From a virus (lineage: Duplodnaviria; Heunggongvirae; Uroviricota; Caudoviricetes): a stretch of 27,404 nucleotides of DNA. Positions 21,169 to 27,404 of this stretch are shown piece by piece (position 1 is the stretch's first letter; every line of letters begins with the position of its first letter). The notes beneath the pieces are model-generated. The model did not search any database. It saw only the letters and a program-made list of their open reading frames with translations, and was not told where the DNA came from. Made by a program: the position numbers and the translations under genes. The DNA is taken from positions 1 to 27,404 of IMG/VR virus record IMGVR_UViG_3300027819_000008; one strand, 5' to 3'.

Positions 21169-23193
21169 TCACCGTTGGCCTGTTTTCGCTGCTCGTCCAG
21201 CGCCCGCGGCTGGGACCGCGGGACGACGTACCGGGTGGTGGCCGGTGGTGACCCCGTCTGGTGGGACCGGCCGACGACGAGTGCCCGGTCGTCGTACTAC
21301 ATCGTCAAACTCGACCCGAGCCCCATCGTGGTCGAGCACGACCGTCCAGACCGCGTCGGCGCCCGCCGTCGCGGCGGCCTCGTGGGAGTGCGTGACGAGG
21401 AACCCCGTGCCCCTCATCCGCGCCTCCCGACCAAGCCACTCAACGAATATATCCCGTCCCAGCCCATCAAGGGCGTCCCCGGGCTCGTCCCACGCCTTGA
21501 GGGGGAACGCGCGGGCCGACTGCATCTCGGCCAGGTCCTGCAGCGCGGCGAACAGCGCGAGGTCCATGCGCCGGTCCTGTCCGCGCGAGCCGTCGTCCAC
21601 CGCACCCCACGTCCACTCCGGGCGGAACGTCAGCTGCTCGCGCGTGCCCCCCTTCTTGAGGTCGCGCCGGGAGGAGATCACCATGCGCGCCTCGCCGGCG
21701 GTCAGGCCGTGCAGGTGCGCGGCCACGCGCTGGGCCAAGAACGGGCTCACGCCCTCGAACAGCAGGGACCGGAGCCCGCGGTCCCCGAAGGCCTCCACCC
21801 AGTAGTCGGCCACCTTGAGCAGCCGCGCCTTGCGGTCGTGCTCCGCGGTCAGGCGCGCGGTCTCGAGGTGCAACTGATCCAGTGTGGCCTGCGCGGCCGC
21901 GTTGGCCTCCGCACCCTCCCACCGTCGGGCCTCCACGGTCTCCAAGTCCATGCACCGCGCGTCGTGTGTGAGCTCCGCAGTCTTCACGCGCTCCCGCAGC
22001 AGGCGCTCCGCGTATGCACTGACGGCGTCCTCCTGCCGGCGGAGGACGCGCTCGTCCAGGTTCTCGGGGAGGGCCCGGGCAACGGCCTCCACGAGGCGCA
22101 CGTGACGCGCAAGCTCGCGCTCCGTCTCCTGGGTAACCACGTGCTTGGTCCGGAGGTCAGCCTGCAGCCGCTTGCGGTCCGGCGCGAACGCATCTTGAAT
22201 ACGCTTCTTGGCCTTCACACCCTTGACGTCCCCGCGGCACGCCGGGCACTGCGCGTGCTGCAGGAGGTCGCGAATGCTGGCGTCGTGCTCCTCCAGCTTG
22301 GCCGCCGCCTCGTCCGCAGCAGCCGCGGCGCCGGCGTGGTCCGCGCGTGCCGTAGCCGCGGAATCACTCGCGGCCTGCAGCGCGTCCCACCGAGTGCGGA
22401 GCGTCTGGACGGTGGCGCGCGTGTTCAGGAGCAGGTCCAGCGCGCGCTTGGCCTCCTCGTACTCACTCCGGGCGTCGGCCTCAGCTCGCCGCGCGGTGGT
22501 GAGGTCTTCGGCCTTCGTGGCCTGGAACCGGGCCTCGGCGTCCTCCAGCGTGGCCGCCTGGTCGGCCAGTACCCCGCGCTGCTGCTCTATCTCCCGCCGC
22601 CGGGCCTCCAGCGCGTCAAGTTGGACCTGCAGCCACCCGCGCCACTCCTTGGCGCGCTTAAGCTGCTCGCGGAAGTCCACGCCCTGGATCTCGTCCAGCA
22701 TCCGCATCTGGTCGGCCTGGTCCGCGTGCACGAACCGGTTGAAGTCCCCGGCCGCGAACACGATCGCGTTGCAGAACGTCCGGTACCCGAACCCGAGCCG
22801 GGCCTCGATCATCCCCTGGACGGTCGCGTCGTCGGCGTCGTCGGGGAGGTCCCGGAACCCCGCGACCTCCAGGCGCTTCGGCCGCGCACCGCGCGTGATG
22901 GACCACGGCCCGAGCGGGTCGCTCAGCTGGGTCACGGTGAGCGCCTGCGCGTCGGTGAAGCGGCACGCGACGACGTCCCCGCGCTTGCCGTCCAGCCGGC
23001 GGCCGAACCAGTTGAAGCACAGCGCGTCCAGGACACTTGTCTTTCCGCAACCGTTGCTGTCGGCCGCCGCAGACACGAGGTTGAGGCCCTGGAGGAGGAC
23101 GAGCCCCTGCCGGGCCAGCGGCAGCACCTGGCGCTCGCGGTACAGCGCGAAGTGCTCAAACGCCAGGGAGTTGACGACCAGTGGCTCGCTCAC
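21169..23193 (-). CDS. sbcC: SbcC/Rad50 (gp46-like) ABC-ATPase
   Basis: SLAFEHFALY, NGCGKTS, AIVFAAG, coiled coil with CPAC hook, signature GSRGQDRR, Walker B/D-loop WDEPGDALD, LVTHSH; GTG coupled to the sbcD stop. Confidence 0.9.
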   Translation of the reverse strand: MSEPLVVNSLAFEHFALYRERQVLPLARQGLVLLQGLNLVSAAADSNGCGKTSVLDALCFNWFGRRLDGKRGDVVACRFTDAQALTVTQLSDPLGPWSITRGARPKRLEVAGFRDLPDDADDATVQGMIEARLGFGYRTFCNAIVFAAGDFNRFVHADQADQMRMLDEIQGVDFREQLKRAKEWRGWLQVQLDALEARRREIEQQRGVLADQAATLEDAEARFQATKAEDLTTARRAEADARSEYEEAKRALDLLLNTRATVQTLRTRWDALQAASDSAATARADHAGAAAAADEAAAKLEEHDASIRDLLQHAQCPACRGDVKGVKAKKRIQDAFAPDRKRLQADLRTKHVVTQETERELARHVRLVEAVARALPENLDERVLRRQEDAVSAYAERLLRERVKTAELTHDARCMDLETVEARRWEGAEANAAAQATLDQLHLETARLTAEHDRKARLLKVADYWVEAFGDRGLRSLLFEGVSPFLAQRVAAHLHGLTAGEARMVISSRRDLKKGGTREQLTFRPEWTWGAVDDGSRGQDRRMDLALFAALQDLAEMQSARAFPLKAWDEPGDALDGLGRDIFVEWLGREARMRGTGFLVTHSHEAAATAGADAVWTVVLDHDGARVEFDDVVRRPGTRRRPVPPDGVTTGHHPVRRPAVPAAGAGRAAKTGQR

Positions 23194-24344
23194 GCCTTGC
23201 CCTCGTACAGCTTGAGGCCGGCGCGCAGGACCAGCGCGGGGTCGTCCACCTCGCACGGGCGCGCGGCCACGTACCCGCGCAGCAGGTCCTCGGGGGACTG
23301 CCCGGCGTGCAGCGCGGCCTCGGCGCTGACCTCGGCGACGCGCGGCTGTGGGATTACCTTGAAGAAGCGCGCGTTGGACTCCTTGCGCAGCTTTTCCACC
23401 ACATCCCGCGCCGCCCCGCGCTCCACCCACTCCCCGGCCAGGATGCGGACGAAGTCCCCCTCCCACGTCCGGGCCTGCTGGAGCAGTACCTCTATGGTGT
23501 CGAACTTGAGGTTTGGCCACACGAGCTCCCGGTAGCGTGGGGCGCGCACCGGGTGAAAGTCCACCTGACCAGTTCCGAGCTCTACCAAGAGCACACCCTT
23601 CACGCCATCGTTGCGCTCCCCCCAATTCTGGGGGTACGGCGAGCCTGGATAGAAGACCTCACCGCACCACGGAGCGGGGTTGCGCAGCCTAACCGGAGCG
23701 CCATGCCCCGGTTCCGCGTGACCGAGACCTTCAACCGTGACGTAGGGCTCCCACGCGGGCGGCTTCGGTCGCCGCACGCGCAGCGCCTGCCCCTTGTGGA
23801 TGTCCCCGAAGAATCCCGGGAGTCCGAGCTCCGGCCCGCACCCGAACATGCGCGGAGTGAGCTCGCGCTCGAGCTTGACCTCCTCGGGCCCCAGCGCGAC
23901 GCCGGACAGGAACGCGTGTGCGACGACGGCCTTGGCCTCGGCGAAGTGCCGGGTCTCCAGCCGGTCGTGGTGGCCGGCCGGCACGCACAGCAGCCCGTCC
24001 ACGACCTCGGGCTCCTCCACCACGCGCGCCACGTCGGCGAACGGGGCCAGCCCGGACCCGCCGACCATGGACACGTCCCCGTCGTGGTTGCCCGGGATCA
24101 TCAGCTTCTGCACGTCCCGGTAGCGCCGGAGCAGCTGGAGCGACCCGGTCAGCGCCTCCTGGGGCCACAACCATCGTGGGTGCTTCATGTCACCACAAAA
24201 CACCCACGTAGCTAAATGCTCCCGCGCCAGCTGCAAGCTCTGCTGTAACGCGCTTAGACCATCATGTAACCGGTCACGCCCACCATCCCTGGAGCACGGG
24301 CGCCAAGGATGAATATGAAGGTCTGCCGTAATAACCAATTTCAT
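23190..24344 (-). CDS. sbcD: SbcD/Mre11 (gp47-like) metallophosphoesterase nuclease
   Basis: TADLHI, CGDMKH, IPGNHD, VAHA, GDIHK, YPGSPYPQNWGE. Confidence 0.92.
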   Translation of the reverse strand: MKLVITADLHIHPWRPCSRDGGRDRLHDGLSALQQSLQLAREHLATWVFCGDMKHPRWLWPQEALTGSLQLLRRYRDVQKLMIPGNHDGDVSMVGGSGLAPFADVARVVEEPEVVDGLLCVPAGHHDRLETRHFAEAKAVVAHAFLSGVALGPEEVKLERELTPRMFGCGPELGLPGFFGDIHKGQALRVRRPKPPAWEPYVTVEGLGHAEPGHGAPVRLRNPAPWCGEVFYPGSPYPQNWGERNDGVKGVLLVELGTGQVDFHPVRAPRYRELVWPNLKFDTIEVLLQQARTWEGDFVRILAGEWVERGAARDVVEKLRKESNARFFKVIPQPRVAEVSAEAALHAGQSPEDLLRGYVAARPCEVDDPALVLRAGLKLYEGKA

Positions 24345-24790
24345 TTTGACCAGCGCTCCAGATACCCAATAGCGCTTTTAAGTACAGACACACTGTCTTT
24401 AAACCCACCGAGAGCGCGGTTACAAGACCCACACAGCAAACCACGAAGCTTCCCACTTCTGTGGTCATGATCTCTGGCAAGCGACGCACCCTTTGCTTGT
24501 CGTCCCCCACAAATATCACACGGCTCCACGGGACGACCCGGTTTTGGCCGACGCCGCAAGGCACCTTGGCGTATACGTTCTATTGTCTCAGCATTACGGC
24601 GATGTCCTAGCAGCGCCTGGCTTATCTTTGCTTTTGCCTCAGTAGAATGTTTCTTACCTGTAAAACGACTTGGTTTACCTATCCGCAACCCTCTAAGTAC
24701 ACGTTCCAGGGACGTGGGTCGCGAACGAAGAGTGCGAAGCCTACGCCGAAGCATGGCTGGGGTTGGTGATTTTCCTTTTGGCCAGCTCAT
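24341..24790 (-). mobile_element. Free-standing homing endonuclease: NUMOD3 + endonuclease VII (His-Me) domain
   Basis: GKKHSTEAKAKISQA (NUMOD3); CDICG...LARDHDHRSGKLRGLLCGSCNRALGGFKD...AIGYL; markedly lower GC than the flanks. Confidence 0.88.
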
Positions 24791-24808
24791 TCTTATCCCT
24801 ACGAAATG

Positions 24809-25027
24809 CTACGCGAGGTTCCGCTCTATCTCCTGCAGCGCCACGACCTCGGCGTTGAGGCTCGCGATCGTGTCCAGGCGCGCGGCGCGGGCGTCGGCCA
24901 GGTCACCGCGGACCTCGGTGGCCCCCTCGCGCATTTTCTGCTCGAAGGCCTCGCGCTCGGCCCGCAGGGAGGCAACGCGCGACTGAAGCGCGCCGACGCT
25001 GAGGCGGAGGAACTTGAATCCTAGCAT
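24809..25027 (-). CDS. 72-aa coiled-coil hypothetical protein
   Basis: AAGGAG SD; heptad-like LQSRVASLRAEREAFE. Confidence 0.7.
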   Translation of the reverse strand: MLGFKFLRLSVGALQSRVASLRAEREAFEQKMREGATEVRGDLADARAARLDTIASLNAEVVALQEIERNLA

Positions 25028-25039
25028 TGGGGTCTCCTT

Positions 25040-25345
25040 TTATGAGAGCAGGGCGTTCGCGAGCGCGCGCAGGTGCGCCGGGACGATCACGGGGGCCGGC
25101 GGCAGCAGGGTGCGCCGCGGCACAGACGGGGACAGCCAGAAGCGGCCCCACCGCCCGTCCACCAGGACGTCGCTGCGGTGGTCCCCGAACGGCGCCGAGT
25201 CCGGCCACTCGGCGATCCGCGCCAGCGCCTCCACCAAGGCGGTCGGGTCCTGAACCTGAGCATCCAGCACGAGCTGCACCGCCCGGTCCACCTGGCCGCG
25301 GTCCACCAGACGCACGGCGTCCCCGAGCAGGGCCATCGTGTTCAC
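25040..25345 (-). CDS. Hypothetical ~101-aa protein
   Basis: GTGA-coupled start; GC3-rich. Confidence 0.65.
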   Translation of the reverse strand: MNTMALLGDAVRLVDRGQVDRAVQLVLDAQVQDPTALVEALARIAEWPDSAPFGDHRSDVLVDGRWGRFWLSPSVPRRTLLPPAPVIVPAHLRALANALLS

Positions 25346-25824
25346 GACCGGAACTCCGGCCACTGCAGACGGTTGTAGATCGTCTTGAGGCTGACCCCGA
25401 GGTGAGCCGCGGCCCTGCGCTTATCTCCACCGTACAGCTCGAGCGCCGCACGGAGGTTACCAATGGTGAGGTCGCGCTCACCGCAGGGCAGGAGGGCGGC
25501 CGGCTGCCCGGTGTTCGGGGTCACCTGCACCACTCGGTCGTCCCACAACTCCACCATGCCATAGTCCTTGACGTTGGTGATCGGCAGCTCGCGGCCGAGG
25601 TGCTGCGTGCACCAGTCCTGAATGATCGCAACCAAGGCCTCCACGTCACGGTCCGGTCCGGGCGTCAGCCGCGCCGTGAAGATGCGGACGTCCTTGCCCT
25701 CGGCCAGCCACGCGCGCACGCGCTGGACCATCCGGGGCACGGGGGCCCCGAGGTGGTAGGGCCCCCGCCACTCGTCGTAGATGGCGAGGGTTCCGTCGAG
25801 GTCCACGCCGATCCAACCGCTCAC
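25342..25824 (-). CDS. Phage HAD-superfamily phosphatase fused to a C-terminal Fis-type HTH
   Basis: WIGVDLDGTLA, VRIFTAR, ITNVKD..M.ELWDDR; then LRAALELYGGDKRRAAAHLGVSLKTIYNRL. Confidence 0.85.
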   Translation of the reverse strand: MSGWIGVDLDGTLAIYDEWRGPYHLGAPVPRMVQRVRAWLAEGKDVRIFTARLTPGPDRDVEALVAIIQDWCTQHLGRELPITNVKDYGMVELWDDRVVQVTPNTGQPAALLPCGERDLTIGNLRAALELYGGDKRRAAAHLGVSLKTIYNRLQWPEFRS

Positions 25825-26054
25825 GACGGGGTCCCGTAAGTTTTGGTCAGCCAGTCGAGGAGTTCCAGGGCCTCCGCCGCACTCAGCGACGCGTACGAAC
25901 TCGCGACGTCGAACTTGCCGACCTCAATGGTCAGCCCGCCGTCGTCGTCCACGCTCGCGCGGAAGCGCTCCGCACTCCACACAGGTCGCTGAGCCTCGTA
26001 CTCCCGAATCTGCCGGACCTTCTCGACGTACCGCTCCGCTACCGAGGCGCTCAC
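25821..26054 (-). CDS. Hypothetical 77-aa protein
   Basis: GTGA-coupled at both ends. Confidence 0.65.
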   Translation of the reverse strand: MSASVAERYVEKVRQIREYEAQRPVWSAERFRASVDDDGGLTIEVGKFDVASSYASLSAAEALELLDWLTKTYGTPS

Positions 26055-26305
26055 GGCAGCAGCCTCCCGACCGCGCGGCGCATCCACACCGGCATCCGCC
26101 GCATGATTGCCGTCTTCCAGTCCTGGGCCCTCTGCTGGTCGTCCTTGCTGTCGCCGGTCGGCACCTGACTCAGCCTGTGCATCCGCCGCGTCATCTTGTG
26201 ACGCGCGGCCGAGCGGTGGTGGCCGTAGAACCCCAGTGCGCGGGCCTGCCGGACGCTGCTCGTCGGGTCCCCCGGATTGAACGGAAAGCGCGAGTTCCGG
26301 CTCAC
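26051..26305 (-). CDS. Hypothetical 84-aa basic protein
   Basis: GGAGG SD and GTGA overlap with the recA stop. Confidence 0.55.
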   Translation of the reverse strand: MSRNSRFPFNPGDPTSSVRQARALGFYGHHRSAARHKMTRRMHRLSQVPTGDSKDDQQRAQDWKTAIMRRMPVWMRRAVGRLLP

Positions 26306-27404
26306 GTCGTGGCCTCCACCGCGGAGTGCTTCTCCGCGGGGTTCTTTTCGGGACGCTTGCCAAGCTCCTTCGGGTTCTTGGACAACCAGTCCAGCCACTC
26401 CTGCGTGGTGGCGAACTCCGCGACCTCCCCGGCCACCGTCCGGTGCCGCGCCCCGCGCTGGTCCGGCGTGAGCTCCACCGTCCCCTCGATCAGGAGGCGC
26501 TGCAGCATGCCGGCCCACGGGGAGCACCCGCGGCGGAAGTCGATGAAGAAGTCCGTCCCGGCCTGCAGCGTCGGCGCCAGCTTGGTCTTCGTCACCTTGG
26601 CGTGCACCCAGCGGCCGAGCACCGCGCCGGTGTCCTTCGCGTACTGCAGCCCCAGGCGCTTGAGCGTGGCCGCCGGAATGTCGTGCATCATGCTCGGCGC
26701 CCGCGTCAGGCCGAGCGGGGACGGGGACAGCATGACCTCCAGGGACGCGTAGAAGTGGGGGGCGGCCCCGCCCGGCGTCCGCTTCTTCGGACCGAACATG
26801 ACGCCGACGTTGTCGCGGGTCTGGTTGAGCATCACGAGCGTCGTGGGGAACCGCGCCGTGCGGTTTACGATCTTGCGCAGGCCGGCCCCGAGGGCCTCGG
26901 AGCGCCCGCCGCCGAAGTGCCAGCCCCCACTCTCCGTCATCCCCTTGTCGGCGCTCTTCCCGGCCTCCGTGGAGTCGATGGAGTCCAGCCCCCAGAGGAT
27001 CGGGATCTCGCGACCGGCCGCGACGCTGCGGATCTCGTCGTGCCACGCGAGGCCCATGTCCACCAGCTCCTCGATGGTGGCCGGCCGCTGGATCTCCAGC
27101 TTGGTGAGATCCAAGCCGATGGCCCGGGCGAAGTGCGTGTCGCGCGACCCCTCCGTCTCGCTGCACAGGCACAGGCCCCCCATGTCCTGCACGGACTTGA
27201 ACATGTGGTCCAGGATCAGGCTCTTGCCCGTGCTGAATTCTCCCGCGATGTGCACCACCCGGCCCTGAGTCGGGCCGATCGGCACGCCGCCGGGATTGCT
27301 GCCGGAGCAGATGCGGTCAAGCGCCAGCGAGCCAGTGGACGCGAACACCGAGGGCGTCTCCAGGGCCTGCTCCGCGCTCATGGAGTACCCGGTCTTGAAG
27401 CGCC
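26302..27404 (-). CDS. recA: RecA/UvsX-like recombinase (frame open to the window edge, probably 5' partial)
   Basis: STGSLALD..GG.P.GRVVHIAGEFSTGKS, ETEGS, A.AIGLD, LDSIDS, LRKI, LNQTRDNVGVMFG..TPGGAAPHFYAS, VTKTKLAP. Confidence 0.93.
   Translation of the reverse strand, partial: RFKTGYSMSAEQALETPSVFASTGSLALDRICSGSNPGGVPIGPTQGRVVHIAGEFSTGKSLILDHMFKSVQDMGGLCLCSETEGSRDTHFARAIGLDLTKLEIQRPATIEELVDMGLAWHDEIRSVAAGREIPILWGLDSIDSTEAGKSADKGMTESGGWHFGGGRSEALGAGLRKIVNRTARFPTTLVMLNQTRDNVGVMFGPKKRTPGGAAPHFYASLEVMLSPSPLGLTRAPSMMHDIPAATLKRLGLQYAKDTGAVLGRWVHAKVTKTKLAPTLQAGTDFFIDFRRGCSPWAGMLQRLLIEGTVELTPDQRGARHRTVAGEVAEFATTQEWLDWLSKNPKELGKRPEKNPAEKHSAVEATT

Noticed and set aside
21169-23625. Upstream-extended starts in the track (sbcC 818 aa, pseB 413 aa, neuB 367 aa, FemAB 566 aa, SLT 218 aa)
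   Set aside because: The extensions overlap the preceding genes out of frame; family N-terminal motifs begin at the GTGA-coupled starts.
1-27404. Stop-codon reassignment / suppressor tRNA
   Set aside because: No CUA/UCA/UUA anticodons; TGA, TAG and TAA all end genes at expected positions in code 11.

Overview
A 27.4-kb segment of a very GC-rich tailed-phage (or prophage) genome. Every credible gene is on the minus strand, and most are coupled by 4-nt GTGA/ATGA stop-start overlaps; the long plus-strand ORFs are antisense shadows. In transcription order (right to left): RecA/UvsX-like recombinase (5'-truncated), HAD phosphatase fused to a Fis-type HTH, a low-GC NUMOD3/endonuclease-VII homing endonuclease, an SbcD/SbcC (Mre11/Rad50-like) pair, a degenerate Vsr-like protein, HD 5'-deoxynucleotidase, dNMP kinase with a perfect 114-bp internal duplication, GNAT and a PD-(D/E)xK nuclease. 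Then comes a nonulosonic (pseudaminic-like) acid cluster: PseB, PseH-like GNAT, class-III aminotransferase, NeuB/PseI, FemAB-like transferase and SpsF-like cytidylyltransferase. After that: small hypothetical genes including a SLOG protein, TerS, a Macro domain, SLT transglycosylase plus a holin candidate, an array of 17 tRNA genes (several non-canonical, one deleted) with a CCA-ended mini-hairpin, and TerL carrying a class-3-type LAGLIDADG intein that starts with Leu. The most striking observation is a ~105-nt tRNA-like element with alanine identity elements (G3.U70, A73) and no canonical anticodon arm, lying inside the sugar cluster that also encodes a FemAB-like transferase. All family calls come from motif recognition by eye; no database searches were run.
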